64,000 nucleotides of DNA from Mobula hypostoma (lineage: Eukaryota), in the NCBI RefSeq assembly GCF_963921235.1, contig NC_086097.1:218118001-218182000 (forward strand). Reading direction: 5' to 3'. How positions within the stretch are numbered: the first letter of the stretch is position 1; every line of letters begins with the position of its first letter. Shown piece by piece: positions 1 through 13,964 of the stretch. A program made the translations under genes and the position numbers. The notes beneath the pieces are model-generated. The model was not told the origin of the DNA. It saw only the letters and a program-made list of their open reading frames with translations, and searched no databases.

Positions 1-616
1 ATGAGTTCTAATGAAAGGTTATTGCAAAGAGACTTTATTTTTGTAGAAGCTCCGATTTGCTGCAAATCTCTAGCAATTCCTGTTTTTAATTACAACAGCA
101 ACCTCACTTCAAAAATCAAGTCCACTGGCAACAGCAGTTTACTGGCCTGTTCAATAATGGACATAAAGAATGCTGCATAAAATATTGTTGGAAAGTACAA
201 TATAACAGATTTGGATTATGATTTTCATTCTGAAATGTACAATTTGTTCAAACAATTTCTAAAACAACTTTGATTCCCATACTTATGTCATCTGTAAATA
301 TAATCCATTGACTAATCACAATGTTCATCAGAAGTACGAAGTAATTGAAAGAGTGCAATATGGAGAGAACAAGAGCAACCAAGGAATGGATTTTATATCA
401 GACATCAAAAGTTCAACTATTTTAGAACTCTCAATAATACTTCATCTCAAAGATGAGATTTTAACGGGTAACATTTGGCATTGTGTACTATATGTGGAGC
501 TCAGAATACTGGATGCATGGACTTCCGTGAAGCACATAATTGGAAAACTGTATTCAACAAAACTGAGTTACTTTTGAGGGCATATCTAGGAAGGCCAAAA
601 GCTGGGTACTGGTGAG

Positions 617-872
617 GTAGGAGGAGGAGAAGATGGCAGCGCGACGCAGCTTGCACGGCCACTCCGGTGAATGATATCTGTAACCTGACAAGTAGGGTGC
701 CGTGCACAAGCCTGATTTGATGGAAACAGATGTGAGAGAACGGAGGAACATCTGGAGAAACTTCTGAAATGCCTTTTTCGCTGCCGCTGTTGCTGTGTGG
801 TCCGGAATCTATGGAGGGGAAGGCCCCGAATCCTCGGCTTTGCTTGTTGCTCGGCAGCCAGGATGGGGTCGA
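617..872 (+). mobile_element. 5' part of an unclassified non-autonomous retroposon (same family as 33417-34090)
   Basis: About 250 bp collinear with 33417-33670 (gaggagaagatgg...ggggtcga). Confidence 0.7.
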
Positions 873-2189
873 TCTTATAAAGGGCTTGATCTTTCTGCCT
901 GAAGTGGTCCTGTATGGATCAGGATCACAGCATGCAATGATAAAACAAATGCCAGATGGATACAAACCTTTGTGAGCAACCAAAACTGAGAAGGATGGTC
1001 TGAAGTCCCTCATGTTTGACAGACTGAATGGTCTGAGCAAGATTAAGGCAGGCCATGGACAACTGTTGCGTCTACTATCTGTACCTTATCAGTTTGTTTG
1101 TGAGAATGTGGTGAGTGTGCATGTGGCCGATCGATCGCGTGGTAAATCAAAGGGCTTCCTATGCGCAGAAGACTCTCTTTTAGGAGTGAGGTTTTGAGTG
1201 CAGATGTCTTTCATCAAGGTGGGCCCAGTTTGTAGCTCCCACACTATTTGTTGCCCAGGATGTATCATTACTTGCATGACTAAGTAAAAATGTTCACTCA
1301 TACTATCCATTGTAGTTCTTGCTCTGTACAATATGTAACATTTTGGCAATGAGGGGCAAAATAAGATACATCTATTGTGGGCCACAGCACTGGCAAAGCT
1401 GACCACTGAACTGGGCTGCAATGAAAGACGACCTTCCTAGATTACATCGCACTCCCACCAGTTTTAACACCAGCTGCAAAGCCCACTCACTTAAGCTATC
1501 TTCACAAGACTAAACGTAATGGCTTAGGAATGCAAGTACAAAGGTACTGAGCAAATTCAAAGAAGCAATGCCTATCTAAACGTTAATTATTGGAATCCAA
1601 GATAGGAGGACTCAGGAAAACCTCCAGTCCAAAAAGTACTGTTTGTCCTGGGACAAAGTATGCTCCGCAGTTCAGCACCAGGAAGCAGTCAAGAGAGGCC
1701 TTAGACAGATTCAGTCACACCCATCATCATTCAGACAGTACTGGAGCAAGAGCCCACTCCCGAAAACATTGATGTTTCCCAGTAGATATCGACTCACAGC
1801 CTACAGTCTCCAGAGGAATCATAAAAACTTCCACAGAGATGCCATTGCCATAGTCATGCTCAAGTTGTCCGATTGCAAGCGTCAAAAGACAGTCTGCTGG
1901 TTCAGTCAGAAGGTAGACCATCTCAAGAAGGTGTGCTTCACTAAGCAATGCGCCATGAGAAAACAGCATAATTCAATCACACAAGGAATCATCCAGAGCG
2001 AAGAAGTGGAAGAAGAATTTTCCAAACCCATGACATGGGCCACTGGTTACACTCACAGTGCACAACCAGACATGAAATTTGGATGGATACCGAGTCAGCC
2101 ATCACTGGTTAAGCCAATTGTCAGTTTCTGAAATTGCGACGGCTGAACACAAGTGTTTTGCAGCTACACTGTAGGTAAAGTGGTGTCTT

Positions 2190-3622
2190 TTTAAAAAAGG
2201 AGGGAGAGAGAAACCGGGGAATTATAGACCGGTTAGCCTAACGTCGGTGGTGGGGAAACTGCTGGAGTCAGTTATCAAAGATGTGATAACAGCACATTTG
2301 GAAAGCAGTGAAATGATCGGACAAAGTCAGCATGGATTTGTGAAAGGAAAATCATGTCTGACGAATCTCATAGAATTTTTTGAGGATGTAACTAGTAGAG
2401 TGGATAGGGGAGAACCAGTGGATGTGGTATATTTGGATTTTCAAAAGGCTTTTGACAAGGTCCCACACAGGAGATTAGTGTGCAAACTTAAAGCACACGG
2501 TATTGGGGGTAAGGTATTGATGTGGATAGAGAATTGGTTAGCAGACAGGAAGCAAAGAGTGGGAATAAACGGGACCTTTTCAGAATGGCAGGCAGTGACT
2601 ACTGGGGTAACGCAAGGCTCAGTGCTGGGACCCCAGTTGTTTACAATATATATTAATGACTTGGATGAGGGAATTAAATGCAGCATCTCCAAGTTTGCGG
2701 ATGACACAAAGCTGGGCGGCAGTGTTAGCTGTGAGGAGGATGCTAAGAGGATGCAGGGTGACTTGGATAGGTTGGGTGAGTGGGCAAATTCATGGCAGAT
2801 GCAATTTAATGTGGATAAATGTGAAGTTATCCACTTTGGTGGCAAAAATAGGAAAACAGATTATTGTCTGAATGGTGGCCGATTAGGAAAAGGGGAGGTG
2901 CAACGAGACCTGGGTGTCATTATACACCAGTCATTGAAAGTGGGCATGCAGGTACAGCAGGCGGTGAAAAAGGCGAATGGTATGCTGGCATTTATAGCGA
3001 GAGGATTCGAGTACAGGAGCAGGGAGGTCCTACTGCAGTTGTACAAGGCCTTGGTGAGACCACACCTGGAGTATTGTGTGCAGTTTTGGTCCCCTAATCT
3101 GAGGAAAGTCATCCTTGCTATAGAGGGAGTACAAAGAAGGTTCACCAGATTGATTCCTGGGATGGCAGGACTTTCATATGAAGAAAGACTGGATGAACTG
3201 GGCTTGTACTCGTTGGAATTTAGAAGATTGAGGGGGAATCTGATTGAAACGTATAAAATCCTAAAGGGATTGGACAGGCTAGAGCAGGAAGATTGTTCCC
3301 GATGTTGGGGAAGTCCAGAGAGGGGTCACAGTTTGAGGATAAAGGGGAAGCGTTTTAGGACCAAGATTAGGAAAAACTTCTTCACACAGAGAGTGGTGAA
3401 TCTGTGGAATTCTCTGCCACAGGAAACAGTTGAGGCCAGTTCATTGGCTATATTTAAGAGGGAGTTAGATATGGCCCTTGTGGCTACGGGGATCAGGGGG
3501 TATGGAGGGAAGGCTGGTGCAGGGTTCTGAGTTGGATGATCAGCCATGATCATAATAAATGGCGGTGCAGGCTCGAAGGGCCGAATGACCTACTCCTGCA
3601 CCTATTTTCTATGTTTCTATGT
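2190..3622 (+). mobile_element. Young 5'-truncated CR1 LINE (RT domain and 3'UTR)
   Basis: ORF 2247-3530 has QHGFVKGKSCLTNL, YLDFQKAFDKVPH, QGSVLGP, KFADDTK; (TTTCTATG)n tail. Confidence 0.95.
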
Positions 3623-4144
3623 TTAGGGCAGAAGTGGTTCACCAGGAGGATCTGTTTCTCTTACCCATGCATGTGGTCAGGGAAAGCCAACAGCCTGATG
3701 TGCTGGGCAAAAATTATATTTAAAAGATGCATCAGTGCTATCCTGCATCAACAGTATTGTGGGAAAACCCACACTGAATTCTCTATTGCAAAGACACCAG
3801 TGGGTTTTCCAAGCAGACGCTCTGAGTCAGTATCGTAGTCCTGTGGCTAAATTCAAGTTTTAGGAGAACTGTCAGTAGAAGTTTTACAAGGGCAGCCCAG
3901 TGCCATATGCGGCAGGCCCAAAGGTAGAAGAAGAACTTGATCGACTACAGAGAGCAGATGTGATATATCTGGCTGTCACAAGTGCAGAATTTAACGAGTT
4001 TGTTGAGAAGAGTAGTATTAGGCACCTGACAACAACTCGTTATCACACCCGATGAAGTGAGCAATGCAAACAGTGAAACGAAGCCTTTGGAAACAAACTC
4101 AGGGTGACTTGATGACAAAATTAACTATTTCCTTTTCCATTACC

Positions 4145-4425
4145 ACAGGACATTTACAGTGACAGGTGTGTAAAAAGGGCCCGAAGGATCAATGGGGACC
4201 CAAGTCATCCCAACCACAAACTGTTGCAGCTGTTACCATCCGGGAAACTGTATCACAGCACAAAAGCCAGGACCAACAGGCTCCGGGACAGCTTCTTCCA
4301 CCAGGCAATCAGACTGATTAATTCACGCTGATACAATTGTATTTCTAAGCTACTGTTCTGTTGTATATCTTATTGTACATACTATTTACATATATGAATT
4401 ACAGATTCTGAATTCAATTCAATTT
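4145..4425 (+). mobile_element. 3' end fragment of a Rex1/Babar-like LINE
   Basis: Similar to the reverse complement of 53850-54035; ends in (AATTC)n. Confidence 0.7.
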
Positions 4426-5648
4426 ACTCAAAACGAATTTACAGGAGCATCCCCTACCAAATTAGTGTTTAAGTGCACCTTACGCACCACATTAGATCAC
4501 CAACAGCCAGTGGTCCAGGAGCAAATTTGCTGCAAGTAAATGCTTGATGCCAGAGGCCAAGTTTACACATGCACCTTGCAGGAAGAAAACTGGCTACCGG
4601 CAGACATATGGCATTGTCATGATCAAGTAGGAGAGCTTGAGCTGACAGACAGATGAGTTGTCAGGCGACATTTGGATCATATAAGCCAGTGAACTGATGA
4701 TACACAAGTATCCTCTGCTGTTGAAGTCAGCGCCCCAGCAGGTGAACCAATTGACACTTCTTCAAGAGAAGAGGAGATTCATAGTGCATTGCCCTCAACA
4801 TCAATCAATCAGAAAGGCACAGAGAAGCAACCTCCCAGCGGTGGTCCACAAGGGTGTGATGGCCAGTTGACTGTTACCAAGCAAGAAAGACATGTCATCA
4901 TTTTTCTCAGTTTACCTCACTTATTCACTTCCTCTGTGATTCCCATGTATGTGGAAGTGGGGGTGGCGTGGGTTAGTCTAAGGGATGCATCGTATCAGTT
5001 CAATTGTGAGGATGTGGCTGATCGTGCGATGTATCGATTGGACATCCAATGCACAGAGGACTCTCTTTTGGACGCGGGCTTTCAGGTATCTGCCTTTCAT
5101 CACAGCAGGTCAGATTCGTAGCTTCCACACTACAAATTACTCAGCATGTACCGTTACTAACACAACAGTTAAAAACTTCCAATACTACTCCATTGTAGTT
5201 CTTGCTCCGTGCAATATGTAACACTACCTACATTTCTACTGACCAGCAGATGGGATTATCACCATCTTCTCTAAGTCTGACACCATCTTGATTTAGAAAA
5301 GATAGGACTGGGATCAATCTGGTTTAACTAGCTACCCAAACTTGCTGTTCCATACTAACCTTTTCCAAAGATAAGTGGCCAGTTTAATTAGTTTCCCATA
5401 CCAGAGAATTGCTTTGTGAAAAGCAGTGGGCTACAATGATGACTAGGCCTTGGGTGTCCGATGTGAGGCTTCCCCCCCCCCACCCCCAGGTCAGCTAAAG
5501 GCCTTTAGTAACTCACTACTGTCAAAAGTGGCTGATAGTAAGAGACATTTAAAAATGATTCAAATAGAATTAAATATTCTATACACTACCCCAGTAGTGC
5601 ATGTCAAGCACACACCACTCTCTATGTAAAAAAAATCTAACTCTGACA

Positions 5649-6829
5649 TCCAGATGCTACTAAAACTCTCATGCTCTGTTTGTCTGTTTGTGACCTCCAA
5701 TTAGCACAAACGGCGCATTACAGCAGCACTATTTTTGGCTAAATCGACTTAAAATGTGCTAATTTACAGAATGCAGGCAAAGTTCAGGGTTATATATTCG
5801 TATAAAATTGCTTACTCGCCAAAATCAACAGCCCCGCCATCACCTGAGAGCCGATGTCAGCCATGATGGAAACCGCGACGCAACACCACGACGCATGCAC
5901 ATGGCCAGCCTCAGAAGTGACTCACGATGCTCACTGCAGCGAAAAAGGGCAGGGCAGCTCTATTTCAAGCAGTCACATTCTGCTTATCACCATCAGCATG
6001 TGAAGGATTGGGACAGATCAAACTGAGACCCATCAATAAGAGATAATTAAATCTTATTGTAATGACGTACTTCAAGACACCCATCAAACCCTTTGCTGCA
6101 GTCAAAGGACAGTGGTGACTATATCACGTCCATTTAGGAGAGCGCCAACCACATCATCAAGAATAATCAGCATCCTGGAGGCTTTGATGTTACTGCTTCG
6201 TATCTTCTATCCAGCATTAGGGTAAAAAAAAATATGGTCAGCCTAATTATGCTGTGTGGAAAGAGAAGGGGGACATTATTGTCAAGAGGTGACACCAAAC
6301 ATCATTGAGAGGTGGAAAGGAGAGGGAGAGAACAAGAATCGGATGAGGCCAGGGTCGCACGACTCCAGGATCAAATAGTAAGGACAAAAAAGTTGAGAGA
6401 AGAAGAGACAGAGGAGGAGAGGCATGCACGTCTCCAAAATGACAACTGGCATAGAATGAGAAGAGGCGAACAGACAAAGGAGCTGAGAAATGCACATCTC
6501 CAGGATCAGAGACTAACAACAAACAGAAGAGGTGAAGAGACGGGGGCTGAAAAGGCTACATGTCTCCAGAATGACAATGAGAGGCACAAGGGTGGCAGAT
6601 CAACTAGACATGATGCCATCAAAAGTGTCCTTCGTTAAACGAGGAGGAGCTATATTTGCCTTGCTACGCGTCATTCTTCTTTCATAAACTGAGGTTTTCT
6701 TCTTCAATTTCCAAAGCAAAGCGATACCAATAGCATTCAGGAAAATTTAATTTAATGTTCATTCTAGTCACATCAGACTGCACTACCCTTCTCTCAAAGG
6801 GTGCCCCAACAGGTCACCCCATTGTCTAG
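5649..6829 (+). mobile_element. Non-autonomous Helitron
   Basis: 5' TC after host A; 3' hairpin gggtg...caccc (6799-6820), then CTAG before host T; no TSD. Internal ORF 6312-6638 has R..ET.EER.ARL repeats. The flanks rejoin into a CR1 3' fragment. Confidence 0.85.
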
Positions 6830-7885
6830 TCTCCCCTAAACTTTCCTCTACTCACCTTAAACACATGTCCTTTGTTATTGGCCACTTCTGCCCTGGGAAA
6901 AGGCAGTGGTTGTCCACACTATTTATATCTCTCAAAATCTTATAAACTTCTTTCAATTCACCTCGCAACCTCCATCATTCCAAAAAGAAAAGCCCTAGCC
7001 TTGCTCATTTTTTCAGTGTAAGACACGTTCTCCTTTTCAGTCAGTACTCAGATAAATCTCCACTGCACCCTCTCTAAAGCATCCACATCCTTCCTATAAT
7101 GGGGTGACCAGAACTATACATAATACTCTCAGGGTTTTGTTACCTTCATTAAGCATCAGGTAATTGTTTATAAATCAAAACCTCATAATTTCTTAAAAAC
7201 CATGAAGATATCCAAAGACTGCTGGTACAATGTTGGAAAATACAATGGTAGAGATTTATCTTATCCAATGAAATGGACTGAAATCCATCCCATTTCCCAT
7301 TCAGCTTAAATGTGCCAAATATCCACTTCAGTGTGAAATTTTGGTACCAAAGCAATTGTAGTTATTGATTCAAAGAGATACAACATGAAAGAATGCCTTT
7401 GGCTCAGGCCAGCAAGCACCATTTTCATGCTAACCATAGCCAATTAATATACAGTGAATTTAATATCTTATTTCCTTCTCATCCTCTCATCTTTGATACA
7501 CTTTTTAAAACACCAGAATATTTTTTATCCTGACAACAGAACGCAACATGTATTGGCTGACATATAGTGAATTTTTTGGTTATCTTTGAATACTGTGATA
7601 TATCCTATCTTTTCATAAAATTTTCACAACAAATTGGCATATAACATCAACTTATCACATCAACTCAGATTTAAAGTGATTGGAATTAATATTGCCATGA
7701 ACTACATACAGAATAAGCATTTTACCACTAACATACTACATCACTGCTAATGATGAGCATACTATGAAACATTTTGTATTAATGGCCACTTGCAACATAA
7801 ACTGGTAGTTATAACATGGATGCCAAAGCCATTTCTATCAGCAGGGGTATGGATAATTTCAACACATTCAAGACTCATCACTAAC

Positions 7886-8054
7886 CTGCTTTCCATAGTG
7901 CAGTTCTCTGTTCATTATTGGAATTAAAAGACTTGGCAAATCGATGAGATTCTAATAGACAGTCAAGTAGTTTGAAAAGTTGCTTTGAAGTTAGATAATG
8001 ATACATTCCTTGGTCTTGCTTTTCAACATGCACGTCAGCATCTATTACATCTCT
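7886..8054 (-). CDS. ARFGEF1: ARFGEF1 exon ([56 protein letters not shown])
   Basis: ttacag|AGA acceptor, G|gttagt donor, 169 nt; I did not find the next exon in 1-7885. Confidence 0.95.
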
Positions 8055-8452
8055 CTGTAAAATGCAAGGAACAGAAATGAATTCACTTATTTTTATTAAT
8101 ATTTTTACTAGCTCATTGATACAATCATGGCTTTGAACAATGAGAAAGTGATATTCCAATGAATGAAGTGTTCATAACTTTTATATTCTCCAACAAATCA
8201 CACCTCAGAACTAAAACTAGAGTTCTGCTTTTCAGTCCATTTGTTGAATGAAAACCATTTACAGCACTCTTCCACTATAATTTGAATTGGCTATCGATAC
8301 ACAATTGGATATCAATACACAAGATCCTTGCATAATTCATTTGGCCTTTTGCACACTGTTGGAATTTTAAACAAGATCAAATAACTGGCAGCTTTACCAG
8401 CAGGTACAGCATTGTGAAAATGGTATAAAAGTTCACTAATCATTAACAGCAT

Positions 8453-8742
8453 TGGTGCGTGGCTAAGTGGTTGAGGCATTCGTCTAGTGATTTGAAGGTC
8501 GCTAGTTCGAGCCTTGGCTGAGGCAGCGTGTGTGTCCTTGAGCAAGACACTTAACCACACATCGCTCTGCGACGACACCAGTGCCAAGCTGTATGGGTCC
8601 TAATGCCCTTTCCTTGGACAACATCAGTGGTGTGGAGAGGGAGACTTGCAGCATAGGCAACTGCTGGTCTTCCATACAACCTTGCCCAGGCCTACGCCCT
8701 GGAAACTTTCCAAGGTGCAAATCCATGGTCTCATGAGACTAA
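8453..8742 (+). mobile_element. tRNA-derived SINE with CORE-like segment
   Basis: A box tggctaagtgg, B box gttcgagcc, then gtgtccttgagcaagacacttaacc; second copy at 13659. Confidence 0.85.
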
Positions 8743-10169
8743 TTAACAATGTTGGAAATATTGCTAACCTTGATGCAAAAGTACAGGGGATATACTAAGG
8801 TAATAAGCTGCACTAATAAACCATATTTTGTGTCCTTAGGCCATTCCAAAGTACCTCCAATTTTACACATTTGGTGTAGAACACATGCAATTCCTTCTAA
8901 TTATTTAAATGAACCCACTCCACTGCCTGTTTAAATCTCAAATTAACTTCACAAAATGATGATCTCATTTAACTTGAAATTTAAAGTTGCATTCATGATC
9001 TGGCAATCTGCACAAACATCGTGCATGATTCATAAAATAGAGCTTTGATGCATACCACATTAATGTAATTTATTTTTGTTGTTTTGCACAGGCCACATTC
9101 AGACAGGTTGTGAAGGATCTACAGCTTCTGTGATTCATTTCTCTGGCCCGTGATTCTTGTGGGATGGTTTCTTGTTAAATGCACTCATTTATGAAATGGT
9201 TGTATTTGCAAAATCTTTTATTTCTATTTCCCTAAACATTATGTCTATAGTAGATCAGGTGTGTAACAAATTAAAGATAAATTATAATATAGGAACTGCT
9301 TCTCTCATCACAAGTCTGTATTTTTGCACAGTAGGGGAATTAAGGGGAAAAGGTAGGTAGGTGGAGATGAGTCCATGGCCAGATCAGCTATGATTTTATT
9401 GAATGGCAGAGCAGGTTTGACAGGCCAGATGACCTACTCCTGCTCCTATTTCTTATCTTCTTATTTTTGTATGTGTTTTGGCAGCTAGTAGGAAATGAAT
9501 TGGCTTCTATACCCAACAAGTTAAATTAAATTAAGCCAGCTGATGAGAAAAAAGGGCATGCAAATTTATAAAAACTACTTTAATTCATAAACTTGTAATT
9601 CAAGTTCCTCATCATCAGACCCTTGTGGAACCAACCAATTTAACATCATAATCTAAAATAAAGTAAGTGGTTGTCCCTAATGTAATATCAAACCCACATC
9701 AGTCAGGAATATACATTAGTCAGGAATCCTACAGGCAGGAATTACTGACATTTCATTTGTGCAGAGTCAGTAAAAGTTTGCCAACAGTAACTACTTTTAC
9801 TGAATGCAGTTAAAAAAGAGTTACAATAATTGAGATATTATTACATTACTTCCCTTTCGGTGACTCCTGTAAGTCCTAATGATTATATATCACCATACAA
9901 AAAAAATCAAAAATTCATCACTTTTAACTTACTGTAGCTTTCTTTTACCAGGTGCCATCTTTCATTATAATGTTGAAATACACTGAGTGATGAACAGCCA
10001 GTTATAAAGAGCTTACCAGATTATAAAATGCTGCATAACCTATCCTTTACTGTTCATGGGCATGGAAGGTTTTGGGTGACCTCATATTGAATGTAAATGA
10101 TCTGACAATTGAACTAACCTCTGTTCTTAAAGACAATTTTTCCTCAATGGTTTAACTTATTTACAGGTT

Positions 10170-12851
10170 TGCTTTTATGGAGGGCTTAGAGGGCTTGTCT
10201 ACTGAGTCCTTATGGGTGGAGCTGAGAAACAGGAAAGGTATGGCCACATTAGTGGGATTGTATTACAGACCACCTAATAGTCAACGAGACTTGGAAGAGC
10301 AAATCTGCAGAGAGATAGCAGGCAACTGCAGGGAACATAAAGTTGTGGTGGTAGGGGATTTTAATTTTCCATACATTGATTGGGACTCCCATACTGTTAG
10401 GGGTCTAGATGGTTTCGAGTTTGTAAAATGTGTTCAGGAAAGTTTTCTAAATCAATATATAGAGAGACCAACAAGAGGGGATGCAATATTGGATCTCCTG
10501 TTAGGAAACGAATTAGGGCAAGTGACAGAAGTCTGTGTAGGGGAGCACTTTGGTTCCAGTGATCATAACACCATTAGTTTCAATTTGATCATGGACAAGG
10601 ATAGATCTGGTCCTAGGGTTCAGGTTCTGAACTGGAAGAAGGCCAAATTTGAAGAAATGAGAAAGGATCTAAAAAGCGTGGATTGGGACAGGTTGTTCTC
10701 TGGCAAAGATGTGATTGGTAGGTGGGAAGCCTTCAAAGGGGAAATTTTGAGAGTGCAGAGTTTGTATGTTCCTGTCAGGATTAAAGGCAAATTGAATAGG
10801 AATAAGGAACCTTGGTTCTCAAGGGATATTGCAACTCTGATAAAGAAGAAGAGGGAGTTGTATGAAATGTATAGGAAACAGGGGGTAAATCAGGTGCTTG
10901 AGGAGTATAAGAAGTGCAAGAAAATACTTAAGAAAGAAATCAGGAGGGCTAAAAGAAGACATGAGGTGGCCTTGGCAGTCAAAGTGAAGGATAATCCAAA
11001 GAGCTTTTACAAATATATTAAGAGCAAAAGGATTGTAAGGGATAAAATTGGTCCTCTTGAAGATCAGAGTGGTCGGCTTTGTGCGGAACCAAAGGAAATG
11101 GGGGAGATCTTAAATAGATTTTTTGCGTCTGTATTTACTAAGGAAGCTGGCATGAAAGCTATGGAATTGAGGGAATCAAGTAGTGAGACAATGGAAACTG
11201 TACAGATTGAAAAGGAGGAGGTGCTTGCTGTCTTGAGGAAAATTAAAGCGGATAAATCCCCGGGACCTGACAGAGTGTTCCCTCGGACCCCGGGACCTGA
11301 CAGAGTGTTCCCTCGGACCTTGAAGGAGACTAGTGTTGAAATTGCGGGGGCCCTGGCAGAAATATTTAAAATGTCGCTGTCTACAGGTGAAGTGCCAGAG
11401 GATTGGAGAGTGGCTCATGTTGTTCCGTTGTTTAAAAAAAGGATCGAAAAGTAATCCGGGAAATTATAGGCCGGTGAGTTTAACGTCAGTAGTAGGTAAG
11501 TTATTGGAGGGAGTACTAAGAGACAGAATCTACAAGCATTTGGATAGACAGGGGCTTATTAGGGAGAGTCAACATGGCTTTGTGCGTGGTAGGTCATGTT
11601 TGACCAATCTGTTGGAGATTTTCGAGGAGATTACCAGGAAAGTGGATGAAGGGAAGGCAGTGGATATTGTCTACATGGATTTCAGTAAGGCCTTTGGCAA
11701 GGTCCCGCATGGGAGTTAGTTAGGAAAATTCAGTCGCTAGGTATACATGGAGAGGTGGTAAGCTGGATTAGACATTGGCTCGATGGAAGAAGCCAGAGAG
11801 TGGTGGTAGAGAATTGCTTCTCTGAGTGGAGGCCTGTGACTAGTGGTGTGCCACAGGGATCAGTGCTGGGTCCATTGTTATTTGTCATCTATATCAATGA
11901 TCTGGATGATCATGTGGTAAATTGGATCAGCAAGTTTGCTGACGATACAAAGATTGGAGGTGTAGTAGACAGTGAGGAAGGTTTTCAGAGCCTGCAGAGG
12001 GACTTGGACCAGCTGGAAAAATGGGCTGAAAAATGGCAGATGGAGTTTAATACTGACAAGTGTGAGGTATTGCACGTTGGAAGGACAAACCAACGTAGAA
12101 CATACAGGGTTAATGGTAAGGCACTGAGGAGTGCAGTGGAACAGAGGGATCTGGGAATACAGATACAAAATTCCCTAAAAGTGTCGTCACAGGTAGATAG
12201 GGTCGTAAAGAGAGCTTTTGGTACATGGGCCTTTATTAATCAAAGTATTGAGTATAAGAGCTGGAATGTTATGATGAGGTTGTATAAGGCATTGGTGAGG
12301 CCGAATCTGGAGTATTGTGTTCAGTTTTGGTCACCAAGTTACAGGAAGGATATAAATAAGGTTGAAAGAGTGCAGAGAAGGTTTACAAGGATGTTGCCGG
12401 GACTTGAGAAACTCAGTTACAGAGAAAGGTTGAATAGGTTAGGACTTTATTCCCTGGAGCGTAGAAGAACGAGGGGAGATTTGATAGAGGTATATAAAAT
12501 TATGATGGGTATAGATAGAGTGAATGCAAGCAGGCTTTTTCCACTGAGGCAAGGGGAGAAAAAAACCAGAGGACATGGGTTAAGGGTGAGGGGGGGAAAG
12601 TTAAAAGGGAACATTAGGGGGGGCTTTTTCACACAGAGAGTGGTGGGAGTATGGAATGAGCTGCCAGACGAGGTGGTAAATGCGGGTTCTTTTTTAACAT
12701 TTAAGAATAAATTGGACAGATACATGGATGGGAGGTGTATGGAGGGATATGGTCCATGTGCAGGTCAGTGGGACTAGGCAGAAAATGGTTCGGCACAGCC
12801 AAGAAGGGCCAAAGGGCCTGTTTCTGTGCTGTAGTTTCTATGGTTCTATGG
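10170..12851 (+). mobile_element. Young CR1 LINE, 2.7 kb of ORF2 (C-terminal APE, RT) with frameshifts
   Basis: ORFs 10177-11454, 11333-11719 and 11755-12777 carry YYRPP, GDFN, SSDH, PQGSVLGP, KFADD; (GTTCTATG)n tail. Confidence 0.95.
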
Positions 12852-12879
12852 ATTAGTCATAATGTAATTTGCTCTTTCA

Positions 12880-13074
<195 letters not shown>

Positions 13075-13658
13075 TTAATCAACCATGATTTGTTATTTTG
13101 ATCAAATGCAACCAAGAATATAATCAAATATAATTAATCATTAAATAGTCAATGCATTATTTAACAATCAGATATAACAATATACTGTACCACAGTTAAT
13201 TCAGTAACATCTCTGATTCATAAAATGACATAAATGCAGAAAAAAACTCTTGGTCACTTCACTCAATAAATTGCTACAATTATGAAAAATAACTGAAAGC
13301 TTGGTCTGAAGTAATGTTTTAGGGAAACAATTTGGAGTTTGGCTTATCATCTAAACTTTCAGTGGTGGGCTGAATAAATTCAAGGATAAGGAAGGAACCA
13401 AAATTGGAGGACAGCAAATAACTTTGAGATTTACAGGACTTGAGAATATTGCAAAAAATAGGTAAGAGCAAGGCTACCTTCAAAAACATAAACGAGAATG
13501 TTGAGTGTGAGACGCACATCGACCAGGAGCTGACTATAGTTCAACAAGCCCAGCAATGATATTCGAAAAATCCTCTGACATGAGTGAAACTACTTAAACT
13601 CTGCTATTCAGCACTTTCAGGAGCTGACAAGCCACGGTTAATCAAGAGTTATATTATC

Positions 13659-13964
13659 TGCGTGGCCAAGTGGTTAAGGCGTTTGCCTAGTGATCTGAAG
13701 GTCACTAGTTCGAGCCTTGGCTAAGGCAGCGTGTTGTGTCCTTGAACAAGGCACTTAACCACACATTGCTCTGTGATGACACCGATGCCCAAGGGAAGGG
13801 TCCTAATCCCCTTCCCTTGGACAATATCAGTGGTGTGGAGGAGGGAGACTTGCAGCATGGGCAACTGCCGGTCTTCCATACAACCTTGCCCAGGCCTGCT
13901 CCCTGGAAATCTTCCAAGGCGCAAATCCATGGTTGCACGAGACTAATGGATGCCTATATAAAAA
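13659..13964 (+). mobile_element. tRNA-derived SINE, second copy, 8-bp TSD
   Basis: TSD atattatc at 13651-13658 and 13965-13972; A/B boxes; short A tail. Confidence 0.87.

Larger units (their letters stand above)
1064..5223 (+). mobile_element. Degenerate, internally deleted Gypsy-type LTR retrotransposon with nested LINE insertions
   Basis: Diverged direct repeats at ~1064-1340 and ~4985-5223 both end ...cattgtagttcttgctc.gt.caatatgtaaca. PBS-like tttggcaatgagg at 1342. pol relics PVPYAAGPKVEEELDRL and integrase-like TSAEFNEFVEKSSIRHLTTTRYH at ~3890-4050. Confidence 0.7.

Noticed and set aside
501..1040. 179-aa ORF and similar ORFs (33345-33996, 41912-42607, 34868-35410)
   Set aside because: These are chance or antisense frames over repeats, with no recognisable protein of their own.
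6312..6638. Host coiled-coil gene
   Set aside because: It lies inside Helitron termini, has no true ATG start and resembles RepHel N-terminal repeats.
8453..8525. tRNA gene (also 13659 and 58507)
   Set aside because: A/B boxes continue into repeated SINE bodies, one with a TSD; no convincing cloverleaf.
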